Made by a program: the position numbers and the translations under genes. Source: a virus. From it: a DNA stretch of 64,000 nucleotides. The stretch lies in IMG/VR virus record IMGVR_UViG_3300017917_003866, positions 1 through 64,000 of that record; one strand, given 5' to 3'. The notes under the pieces are model-generated. The model had not been told where the DNA came from and did not search any database. It saw only the letters and a program-made list of their open reading frames with translations. Below, one piece after another: positions 40,153 to 49,539 of the stretch (positions within the stretch are counted from its first letter, which is position 1; every line of letters starts with the position of its first letter).

Positions 40153-43100
40153 GTGGCAAGGAAAATAATTAAACAAAATTCGTCTTTCGGGGTTCTTAGA
40201 GCCAATCCAAAGATATCTGGGAATATAAAGATCACTGTAGATTCTAGTAGTGATATATGGCTTAATTCTATAGATTCTAATGCTGAGATGTCTAACAGTT
40301 ATTATAAAGGATTTAGGATATCCCCAGAGACATCTTATGATAAGGATCTTTATAAATTTTTAAGAGAGGGTAAAACTCCATCACAGTTTGTTTTCGGGTT
40401 AATTGGTGAGGGAGATCCGGTTCAGAACCAAATAAAGGATTTATCCGATAGCTATAATTTCTTTTATAGCTCAGGTGTTTCTCCTTTAATCTCTGATAAG
40501 TACAGTGAGGATTTTTCTTATTTAGCACCGCTTTGGCTTGGCGATGATATACCGGATCACTTTGTAATATTTAAACTTAATGATCCTATAGATTATTCAT
40601 ATAAGATTCCAGTAACATCATTAGACGTTGGTAAAACATATAAAGTATTACAGGACACTACAGTAAATCCGCAAGATCCTAACTATCTTCCTTTTATTGT
40701 TTCTTCAGGATCTCAGACTTATGTTGACGGAAACGTATTTACTGCAACTGCTTTTAATTTTACCGTTGTACAAGGGCAAGGATCTGTAATTCTTTTAGAT
40801 CCCCTTTACAACATAGGTAATGTTGAAGACACTGAGAATCATTTTTATGATAAGATACTACCTAAATCTACAGTAGTAGCTAGTTTTGATTTAACTGCGG
40901 ATTCTAATATAGGTAAGTATTTAAGAAAAATAAAAACAACTCCTGGATATACAGACAGTTTAATCGATGTAAGATTCGAGGATGATCAGTTAACCACTTT
41001 TAATGGTGTTAATTATGAGGTTGGTATATTTGATAAGAGAGGTGATTTTTTAATTGACTATTACAAAAATCCAGAGACACAGATAGGATTTGAAGATTTT
41101 ATAACTAGCGGATTTAGTAATAATAGAGTAATAAGTTATAAGCTATTAAATCTTGAATTCTTATTTAATGATAATGATTCTTCAAACTACACTATAAACA
41201 GATATTTTGGACTTTATGTTAATGCTCCGGAGATAGCTAAGTTTAAATTAGACGGAAATGCACTTTATAGGAGTCAAGGAGAATCTGGAAACACCCCAAT
41301 TCCTGAAAAAAATAATAAGGGATATTACGATCAGGAGACTACATATTTTCAATATAATGATAATGGAGTTAGGCTTTATTTAGATCCTTCTAAAATATCT
41401 GGTATAATACCAAATTCTGATGACGTAAATATAGTGGAGGAAACCAAACTTTTCTGGATAAAGGACAAGAAAGGTAACTTTCATTCTCTAAAAAGATTCG
41501 AAGGATATGGCACATCGTCTCCCGATCCAATATATTCTGTATATGGATTACCAGGATACGAGAACCAATTAGTGATACAGGATACTTCGATAGATTTATC
41601 ATTATTTACTGGTAAGGATGTAGATACTAAAAAACAATATCCAGCAACAACAACAGGTGAAAAAGGAAGAGGATATAGTGTAATCAGAATCGGAAAAGAA
41701 CTTAATAACTATAACGAGAATGCTTTTATATTCTATAACCCTCTGGGATATCACGGAGTACCTGGAGCTAAATATGATATAATAAAAGCATCGGATCTTT
41801 CTTTCACTATTGATGAGTGGGGACCAGGAAGTTTTTATGCTCAGGACGGTGTTTATTATTATCATCCTTTCGGTAGCAACGAGAAAATTGCGGAAGCTTT
41901 AACAGGAATATTTAATAGCTTCAATTACAACTCATTTGAATCATTTAATTCGGGAGACGAGGTTATAATAAGAACCAATGCCACTGGAATCCAGGAGAAC
42001 AATAAATATTATCTAGACTTTTTCCAAAACTTCTCGACACTTCAGAGAATGCCTGATTCAGAGAGAGGAGCAGTTTTCATAAACGAAAAAGATGCTTGTG
42101 ATATAAATCAAAGACAATCTTTCTTAGGAGGTTCTAATTATGCTAATACTAGGGTTAAAGTTAAAATAGAAGACGCGAATAAAATAGAGATAGGCAAAAC
42201 TTTTATAGAGACAGTAAAAAATACTTCTACTGATTCTTTTAGTAATTTGCCAGAGTATTCAAATAAAGGTGCATCTGTAGTAGTTGGTAAGTATAGGTTC
42301 GTAGATCAATATGCTAAAGACTCAAAAGGAGAAATAGTAGGACTTAAGGATTTTGAAACTCATGCAACACTCGAGATAGCTAATTTTACGGAATCAATAG
42401 CTTTTGGTACGTCGGGAACAATATCAGCATTCAATACTTATGATGCCACTTTAGGTATATTTTCTTTCTATGGATTAAGAGAAATTGATATGGACTTCTG
42501 GTACAGCCAGTATGGATATACACCTACTAAAGAGTATTATAAACATTTAGATACACAACCAGAGGGAACCACTAAAATAATACAAGGTAAAACTTACTTT
42601 GTATCATCAGGGGCTGTTATAGAATATAATTCTAATAATATAACAGGACCTGATTTCTTTGAGGGTGTACCAGGAGAGGATCAATACTTATTAGTTACCG
42701 CATCATCCACAGGTGAATCAAACGTATTCCCAACTTTATCTTCTAGAGGGAATGTAACAACAGGAGTTAATCCGAGTAATTTTGATTACTCCTTTTATCC
42801 AGATCTTGATGCTTTCCCAGGATTTTATGGAATTCAATCTCTACAATATATAGATAATCAAATAGGGATTGATACAAAATATAAGCAATTAAATTTTGGT
42901 AAGCTAGATTCCGAATATGATTATACACAGGACAATTATAATCCTGCTTATGCAACAAATAGTAGAGTTAGTCCTTATATAACTAAATGGGTTTATAGAG
43001 GTGGAACTGATGTTAGAGGAAATGGATATAGATTAAATTCTAATATAGCTTTTAGTCCTTTAAACTTTTCACCTAGCTTTTTTAGAAGATCTCAAGATCC

Positions 43101-45771
43101 TCAGTATTTTACACATGAATGGTATCATTTACAAAAACCACCATATTCTTTACCAGAGGAAAGTTTACATATCGATAAAAGTTACCTTGCTGATGAGATA
43201 GATTTAAATTATCTAAGCGATGCAAATCCTGCACTAAGAGATTACTTTTTAGATTATTTTTCTATAGAGGGAGGAGATTTTGGTACTTACTATCCAGGAA
43301 GCGATACAATAAGGGATATCGATCTTACTGAAAGATATTCAATATTTGATTTTAATAGTGGAAGTAAATTCTGCGAAACACTTTATAGGGGAGCTAAAAT
43401 AAGGATAAAGAGAACATTTACTGACTATGCTCAAGGTGAATCTATAAATTACATAGAGGATGATAGATTCTACGACGATTATAAATTCTCATGTGTTATA
43501 GTTCCAATAAGAAATATAATTGATGAGATACAATCACCGGTTAAAGTTAAGATCGTAGAGAATAGGACATTTAAAAACATCACATTTGTAATTGAGGTTT
43601 TAATAGATGATTCGAGAGTTTTAAATTTCGAAGATATAAGTCCAGAAAAACAATATTTAGATCTTGATTATTTCCTTTTATATTCATTAAAAGATAAACT
43701 AGATAGCTCATATTTCCCAACTACTTCAAGTACTTGGCTTCCTTCTGGATCAATAGAACTTCCTGTTGTTGGTGACATAAAATTATCATCCGCTCTTAAT
43801 ATATCATCAACTCCTAATTCACAGGGTTTATTTTCTGCTGTAAATAGTGGAACAGTTGGTGCTGAGGGTGAAATTTATATAATACCTAATCCAGATTATG
43901 AAACAGACCTAAGAGATGAAATAAACTTCACGTATCTTCCTAGCGTAGTTCCTTCTTTATCTGGTCCTAACTCAACAAGTCCTGGATCTTTTTATGGAAT
44001 TGCTGGACCTGCACCTTACAATGGTTATACTCTACCTTTCCCTACAGGGGTAGGACAGGACGTAGTTAATTTTACAAATGTCATGACTACAGGAAATGTT
44101 TATATCTTTAATTTTAGCGATATAGGTGTACCTGGACCTGTAGATATACCTACAATAGCAAATTATTTTTCCGTAGCTAATACACCAATATATCAAAGAC
44201 AAGGTGGTATATCATACTGGCAAAATATCTTAGAAAAAATATCTTTTGCTAATCTTTCTCTTTGGGTAAATACTGGATATCCTTATATAGATTATTTAAC
44301 CTATGAATGGGACGAAACAACTAACACTACAAAATTATTAGAGGATCAATTTGTACTTGAATTTATAAGACCTTCATTCTTTGAGCAGAATTCTGTTATT
44401 GTAACTAAGGAAATAACTGATAAGCCACAGGAGCTTAATGTTTTTAATGTGGGATATGAAACTGAAGATATTAATGGTGAGAGTGAACTTTATAGATACG
44501 GGGGTGAATATGTTCCTAGCTTTAGAGAGGTACTAAAATTCGAGAATGTAAAATATGATGCTCCTATATGGGTAATTCCAGAATCTAATACATTCTATGT
44601 AAAAGTTATCGAAAAAACAACCGAATCGATAAATTATGATTTAGGATCAATTTATTGCTTAGAAATAAATGGCGTATCACAGGATGAGATAAATCTAGTA
44701 AAAGGTATTACATATTATTTTGATCTAAGTGATTCAAGCAATACTGGATATCAGCTCTATTTCTCGGAAGAAAAATTAGGTAATAATATATCATCGGATT
44801 CATTATCTCAGGGATATACTTTATTTGGAACACCAGGGACACCAGGATCTTATATAGAATTAGTAGTTCCTTATGATTTTCCAGAAACTGTTTATTATGT
44901 AGCAGAGGGTGGAAAATATATGGGAGGAAATACCAAGATAATAGATTCGATAGAATATTCTTATTGTTCTTTCGGTCCTTATAAGGATGGATTCGGTGTT
45001 TCTAAAAATGTTAATTACTATAAATATTCTCCACAGTGGATATTTAGAATCGGACAAAATTCACCTTATAATCCAGTATATACTATAATAGGAGAAACCC
45101 CAGTTGATAAGAGGAATCTTTCAATTTTTGAAAGTTCTTGGGATCCTGGATTTTATAGAGAATATTCAGGTCCTACTGGTTATACTAATCTACCAGGAAC
45201 TAGAGTAATGAAGGAACAGAAATCCTTCTTTGGTAGTAAATTTATGCAAACTCCAGATCTAATAAATTCTCAGAAGCAATTAATATATCCGCAATCTTTA
45301 AAAGATGTCTTAGATCTAAACTACAACAACTATCCTAACTACGAAATATTATGGGAGAACAATCCTAGTGAATTAAAAGGAGTTATCTTAATGGATAGGG
45401 TATTGAATAGATATTTTTTAGAAGATGGAGGTAAACAATCGTTTAATAAATTTATCGTTCCTGAATTTGGATTTGGAAGTACTTCTGATGTTGACGATGA
45501 TTTTAAAGAATATATGACTCAGAATATAATTCCTATATTCCAGTCTAAATTAAACAAAGGATATCTTAAAAAAGTTCCTATCACTGCTAATCAGACACTA
45601 ACTCCAGTGATAGGAGATCTAGCAGATTATCAGAAATTGATCAATGGTTATTTTAATTCAGATGAGATTAGATACACTAAAGTTAATGATCTGAGATATG
45701 AATTTAGAATACCTAAAGATCCTTCTTTTAACTATTCTGTTTGTTTTTCTTTAGATATAGGAAAAATTTAA
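40153..45771 (+). CDS. Very large putative virion/baseplate protein
   Basis: 1872 aa, GTG start; contains LVKGITYYFDLSDSSNTGY...GTPGTPGSY...PETVYY...MGG, a module type seen in T4-like baseplate/fibre proteins. Confidence 0.5.
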   Translation: MARKIIKQNSSFGVLRANPKISGNIKITVDSSSDIWLNSIDSNAEMSNSYYKGFRISPETSYDKDLYKFLREGKTPSQFVFGLIGEGDPVQNQIKDLSDSYNFFYSSGVSPLISDKYSEDFSYLAPLWLGDDIPDHFVIFKLNDPIDYSYKIPVTSLDVGKTYKVLQDTTVNPQDPNYLPFIVSSGSQTYVDGNVFTATAFNFTVVQGQGSVILLDPLYNIGNVEDTENHFYDKILPKSTVVASFDLTADSNIGKYLRKIKTTPGYTDSLIDVRFEDDQLTTFNGVNYEVGIFDKRGDFLIDYYKNPETQIGFEDFITSGFSNNRVISYKLLNLEFLFNDNDSSNYTINRYFGLYVNAPEIAKFKLDGNALYRSQGESGNTPIPEKNNKGYYDQETTYFQYNDNGVRLYLDPSKISGIIPNSDDVNIVEETKLFWIKDKKGNFHSLKRFEGYGTSSPDPIYSVYGLPGYENQLVIQDTSIDLSLFTGKDVDTKKQYPATTTGEKGRGYSVIRIGKELNNYNENAFIFYNPLGYHGVPGAKYDIIKASDLSFTIDEWGPGSFYAQDGVYYYHPFGSNEKIAEALTGIFNSFNYNSFESFNSGDEVIIRTNATGIQENNKYYLDFFQNFSTLQRMPDSERGAVFINEKDACDINQRQSFLGGSNYANTRVKVKIEDANKIEIGKTFIETVKNTSTDSFSNLPEYSNKGASVVVGKYRFVDQYAKDSKGEIVGLKDFETHATLEIANFTESIAFGTSGTISAFNTYDATLGIFSFYGLREIDMDFWYSQYGYTPTKEYYKHLDTQPEGTTKIIQGKTYFVSSGAVIEYNSNNITGPDFFEGVPGEDQYLLVTASSTGESNVFPTLSSRGNVTTGVNPSNFDYSFYPDLDAFPGFYGIQSLQYIDNQIGIDTKYKQLNFGKLDSEYDYTQDNYNPAYATNSRVSPYITKWVYRGGTDVRGNGYRLNSNIAFSPLNFSPSFFRRSQDPQYFTHEWYHLQKPPYSLPEESLHIDKSYLADEIDLNYLSDANPALRDYFLDYFSIEGGDFGTYYPGSDTIRDIDLTERYSIFDFNSGSKFCETLYRGAKIRIKRTFTDYAQGESINYIEDDRFYDDYKFSCVIVPIRNIIDEIQSPVKVKIVENRTFKNITFVIEVLIDDSRVLNFEDISPEKQYLDLDYFLLYSLKDKLDSSYFPTTSSTWLPSGSIELPVVGDIKLSSALNISSTPNSQGLFSAVNSGTVGAEGEIYIIPNPDYETDLRDEINFTYLPSVVPSLSGPNSTSPGSFYGIAGPAPYNGYTLPFPTGVGQDVVNFTNVMTTGNVYIFNFSDIGVPGPVDIPTIANYFSVANTPIYQRQGGISYWQNILEKISFANLSLWVNTGYPYIDYLTYEWDETTNTTKLLEDQFVLEFIRPSFFEQNSVIVTKEITDKPQELNVFNVGYETEDINGESELYRYGGEYVPSFREVLKFENVKYDAPIWVIPESNTFYVKVIEKTTESINYDLGSIYCLEINGVSQDEINLVKGITYYFDLSDSSNTGYQLYFSEEKLGNNISSDSLSQGYTLFGTPGTPGSYIELVVPYDFPETVYYVAEGGKYMGGNTKIIDSIEYSYCSFGPYKDGFGVSKNVNYYKYSPQWIFRIGQNSPYNPVYTIIGETPVDKRNLSIFESSWDPGFYREYSGPTGYTNLPGTRVMKEQKSFFGSKFMQTPDLINSQKQLIYPQSLKDVLDLNYNNYPNYEILWENNPSELKGVILMDRVLNRYFLEDGGKQSFNKFIVPEFGFGSTSDVDDDFKEYMTQNIIPIFQSKLNKGYLKKVPITANQTLTPVIGDLADYQKLINGYFNSDEIRYTKVNDLRYEFRIPKDPSFNYSVCFSLDIGKI

Positions 45772-45788
45772 TAGAGGGATGAATTTTT

Positions 45789-45796
45789 GATATATA
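45789..45796 (+). promoter_or_regulatory. Putative late promoter GATATATA
   Basis: Intergenic, 18 nt before the tail-fibre ATG. Confidence 0.55.
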
Positions 45797-45814
45797 ATAC
45801 AACTATAATAAGCG

Positions 45815-48529
45815 ATGCCACAGATTAATATATTAAACATTCTACAGGGAGACAACCAATCCACTATAGTTGACAAATTAAATTATAATTTTGATCAGAT
45901 ACTTAGTGCTGGTGGTGGACCTCAAGGAGCACAGGGATTAATAGGACCAACTGGACCTATCGGACCTCAAGGGCCACAAGGAGTTCAGGGAGCTCAAGGA
46001 CCTTCTGGAACTAAATGGTTTGTTCAAGATGCACAACCAGCATCTGGAGGAATTACTGGATCAAATCCATGGACTTATCCAACCCTCGGAGACTATTGGT
46101 TAGATCCAGATTCAGCAAATCAGGATGTTTATGTATTTACTGCTACTGGATGGGTTAATACTGGATACGGATTAAATGCCGGTGATTTATTTCAAAAAGT
46201 AACCCCTATAAATATAAACGGGGGTGCTACAGCCCAAGCTATTTTAATTGCTGGTGCTACCGCTGATGATAAGAGCTTAGTACTATCAGATTCTTCTGTT
46301 TCTGGATATACACCAGGAGGTACTGCTATAGATAATCTAAATTTTGAGAATTCTAAACTAAAAATAGCAACTAAGGATGATCGAACTAAATTAATAAGTT
46401 TTGGTAGATCAACCTACGATGTAACCCCAGGGGGATCTGGTTCTTCTAGTAGTTCTTATAATCCATACTTTGCTTGGGATTTTTCTTTTAATCCCTCAGG
46501 AGCTTCTGGAGCAGGGGCAGGATTTTATGGAATTAATTTTACTAACCCTAAGGGATCTATAGGTATAGTATCTAATGGTGCAACTGCAGAATCTGGAATA
46601 AATCTTTCAAGTACAAGCGAGATATCTGCAGCATCTACTAATGATAATATATTACTTAAGACCTCTTCGATTAATAAAGGTACTTTTGTAGATGCTAGTA
46701 GCAACGGAGGATTTTTTGAATTTTCTAATCAACCTGCAGGAACCCCTTCAAATTTATCTAATGCACCGATCTTTGCAAATTCTACTGGTTTAGGAGTAGG
46801 TTTGGGTACTGGTCAGTTTAAACAATCTGGAGATGATTCAAGAAGATTGGCAGTTAATGGAAACTTAAGTCTCGGAAAAACAGCTACAACACACACAGGA
46901 AATCTTTTTGTCGGCGATCCATCTGCACCTAATAATAATAAAGGTGTATTATTTGTAGAGGGCCATTCGATGTTTGGATATAATAATCCAACTGGAGATA
47001 ATTCGGGTGGTATACAAACTACTGGACCTGCGGAAAGAAGTGGTAGATATCCACAGCTTTTTGTTACTTCACCTAACTTTGGACCTGGTATACAAATAAA
47101 AACAGGGGGATCTAATTATTCTCCGAGAACTGTTATAGGAGATGGTATATTTGATACTAGTGCTCCTACTAATATAACCTCAGCGGGTACTGGTCCAGAT
47201 ATATCTCAAGAATTTTTTGCTGGAACTGGATACAATTTTTCAGCTAACAAGGCATTGATAAGTTATCATCATAAGATAACTAATGTTTCTAATACTGGAG
47301 TAACAGGACCGGTTTTCTCTATTTCTACTTTTACTAATTCAGGTGTTTATAATCCTACTAGTACTGCTAGAAGAACATTGATACAAACCACCAATTCTAA
47401 TAAGCTTTTAGAAATAATGGCTAATGGTACGGGAGGGACAAACATAATAAATATAGGATTTTCGAATCAGCCTTTATTTAGTTTGTATGGTACTTCTGGA
47501 TCAGCTACAGGAAGTGTTACTATCGGAGCTTCAGCATCGAATTTTCCAGGATTGGCAGGAAGCTTAACATCATTAGCTAATTTCCAATCTGGTAAAGCAA
47601 ACCATAGTTTAGTTGTGACGGGGGTTCAAACCATAGGAACGGTTAGCCCTTTATCTCTATTTAATGTTAATGGATCTGGCTCTGGTGGACTTGTTAGTTC
47701 TGCCAGTCATTTAAAAATATATAGGCAATTATATACAACGACATCAACTAAGGGATCTATTATAAGTGCTGCGGGACCTGGTGTAAATAATTATCCTAAC
47801 GGATTAGAGATAACTTCTCATATACCTGCTTCGGCATCGACGGGTGCAGGATCTCCTAATCAATCGGTAGCGATAGCAGTAGGAGGTAGCAGTCAGATAT
47901 ACAACACCTCGACCGACAGCGATATACCTCTTCCTGCTACAGGATTTTTTGTTAGTAACACTGGACAAAATATAGCAGTTGGTCAGTATATTGATTACGC
48001 TGCTGCTATAGGAGTATCTGGAGCGGGATCGGATGCAGCTATAAGTGCAAAGGGTGCTATTAATGGTATAGGTAATCTTTCTATAAGCGGAACAGGTACT
48101 TTTGGTGGAAATGTTAACGCATCAGGTGGAAACATAACAAACTCCTTAAATGTTGGGGATAGTCTTTTCCAAGGAGGATCTCTAGCATTAAATGCAGGTA
48201 CTATTATAAATGGTATGATAGTGGGAAGAATAATAATTCCAGTAAATGGATCATCTAACCCTACTATAAAAGCAGGATCTGGATTTAGCGCTGTTACGAC
48301 CGCTTCAGGAGCTTCTTTAGCAGCTAGAATTGATTTATCAGCTCCTTTCCCTGGAATAACTCCAGGATCCAATCCCGATGGAGTGGTTGTTTTATGTCAG
48401 GCGATATCTGGAGCCTCCACATCATATTTTTATTGCTCCTCATGGACAGAGGATTCATTTACACTTAGAGGGATTGGATTTAGCTCAGGTAGTGTACAAG
48501 TTCATTTTACGGCTTATGCTGTTTCTTAA
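45815..48529 (+). CDS. Tail fibre protein with collagen-like segment
   Basis: QGDNQSTIVDKLNYNFDQI anchor motif; ten G-X-Y triplets at 45917-46009; GDYWLD; Gly/Ser/Thr-rich beta repeats. Confidence 0.75.
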   Translation: MPQINILNILQGDNQSTIVDKLNYNFDQILSAGGGPQGAQGLIGPTGPIGPQGPQGVQGAQGPSGTKWFVQDAQPASGGITGSNPWTYPTLGDYWLDPDSANQDVYVFTATGWVNTGYGLNAGDLFQKVTPININGGATAQAILIAGATADDKSLVLSDSSVSGYTPGGTAIDNLNFENSKLKIATKDDRTKLISFGRSTYDVTPGGSGSSSSSYNPYFAWDFSFNPSGASGAGAGFYGINFTNPKGSIGIVSNGATAESGINLSSTSEISAASTNDNILLKTSSINKGTFVDASSNGGFFEFSNQPAGTPSNLSNAPIFANSTGLGVGLGTGQFKQSGDDSRRLAVNGNLSLGKTATTHTGNLFVGDPSAPNNNKGVLFVEGHSMFGYNNPTGDNSGGIQTTGPAERSGRYPQLFVTSPNFGPGIQIKTGGSNYSPRTVIGDGIFDTSAPTNITSAGTGPDISQEFFAGTGYNFSANKALISYHHKITNVSNTGVTGPVFSISTFTNSGVYNPTSTARRTLIQTTNSNKLLEIMANGTGGTNIINIGFSNQPLFSLYGTSGSATGSVTIGASASNFPGLAGSLTSLANFQSGKANHSLVVTGVQTIGTVSPLSLFNVNGSGSGGLVSSASHLKIYRQLYTTTSTKGSIISAAGPGVNNYPNGLEITSHIPASASTGAGSPNQSVAIAVGGSSQIYNTSTDSDIPLPATGFFVSNTGQNIAVGQYIDYAAAIGVSGAGSDAAISAKGAINGIGNLSISGTGTFGGNVNASGGNITNSLNVGDSLFQGGSLALNAGTIINGMIVGRIIIPVNGSSNPTIKAGSGFSAVTTASGASLAARIDLSAPFPGITPGSNPDGVVVLCQAISGASTSYFYCSSWTEDSFTLRGIGFSSGSVQVHFTAYAVS

Positions 48530-48546
48530 AAATAAAAATATAAAAA

Positions 48547-48753
48547 TTGGATAAAAATTGGTTCATACAAAAATACTCTGATATACATTCTGATTTGAAT
48601 AAATTAGAAACCGAAATAGAGGAGCATTTAAAAAATAAAAAAGATCTTATATCAGAAGATAAAAAGCTGGAAGATCTAAAAAGAAGAACTATAGAAACTA
48701 TAGATCTTCTAAATAAAACAAGAGAAGATGAAAGAAGAATCTTTAATTACTAA
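48547..48753 (+). CDS. Small coiled-coil hypothetical protein
   Basis: 68 aa, TTG start after an A-rich leader, heptad-like charged pattern. Confidence 0.5.
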   Translation: MDKNWFIQKYSDIHSDLNKLETEIEEHLKNKKDLISEDKKLEDLKRRTIETIDLLNKTREDERRIFNY

Positions 48754-49525
48754 ATTTTCAAAAAGAAAAGATATTTTACTTATAGCAGTGATAGCTATTC
48801 TTTGTTTATTGCTGTTTAGACAGTGTGATAGCAACTTAGATCTTAAATCCCAGATTGAGATACAGAATATGAATTTAGATGCGTTAAAAGACACAGTACG
48901 CATACAAAAGAATAAAGCTGGAGAAGCAACTTACGTCAGAAAAACCCTTTTAGCTGATAAGAAAAGCTTGGAGAAATTGAATAAAGATTTAAAGGATGAG
49001 CTTGATAAACAAAAAGGTAAAGTAATAGTGATTGAAAGAGTTGTAACAGAAACTAAAGTAGACACACAATATGTTAATAATTATTTAAGCTCTTATGGCA
49101 ATAATAAGTTTAGTTTAGATTGGAAATATGATTCAACATTCTCTGTCAACAATTACAGAAAGTTTTCTGGTAAGAGCTTCTTTATTGTTGATACTATAAA
49201 TAATAAAGTCTTACCTGGTATTACTAGAATAGATCAGGATGAAATGGGATTCTCTTTTGTTACTGGACTTAGAGAAAAAGATAAAGCTCTAGAAATTTTT
49301 GTAACTCCAAAATATCCAGGAATGACAGTTACCCAAATAGAAGGAGCTGTTATAGATCCTTATAAATCTGAGGTTCTTAAGAAAATGTTTCCTAATAAGA
49401 AATTTTCAGTTGGACCTTATGTAGGTGTAGGTATAGGAGCTGGTGTAGGTCTAAATGGAAGTCCTATATTTGGTCCAGTTTTCAATATAGGGGTAGGTCT
49501 TCAATATTCTATCATTAAATTCTAA
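48728..49525 (+). CDS. Membrane-anchored coiled-coil protein, spanin-like candidate
   Basis: Basic N-terminus, hydrophobic ILLIAVIAILCLLLF, RQC, coiled coil, and C-terminal amphipathic beta strands ending in Phe. Confidence 0.5.
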   Translation: MKEESLITKFSKRKDILLIAVIAILCLLLFRQCDSNLDLKSQIEIQNMNLDALKDTVRIQKNKAGEATYVRKTLLADKKSLEKLNKDLKDELDKQKGKVIVIERVVTETKVDTQYVNNYLSSYGNNKFSLDWKYDSTFSVNNYRKFSGKSFFIVDTINNKVLPGITRIDQDEMGFSFVTGLREKDKALEIFVTPKYPGMTVTQIEGAVIDPYKSEVLKKMFPNKKFSVGPYVGVGIGAGVGLNGSPIFGPVFNIGVGLQYSIIKF

Positions 49526-49527
49526 GG

Positions 49528-49535
49528 GATATATA
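49528..49535 (+). promoter_or_regulatory. Putative late promoter GATATATA
   Basis: Occupies most of a 14-nt intergenic gap. Confidence 0.55.
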
Positions 49536-49539
49536 AATC

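Noticed and set aside
40147-40155. Possible readthrough fusion of 36658-40149 with the in-frame 40153 gene
   Set aside because: Two consecutive stops (TAG TAA) separate them.
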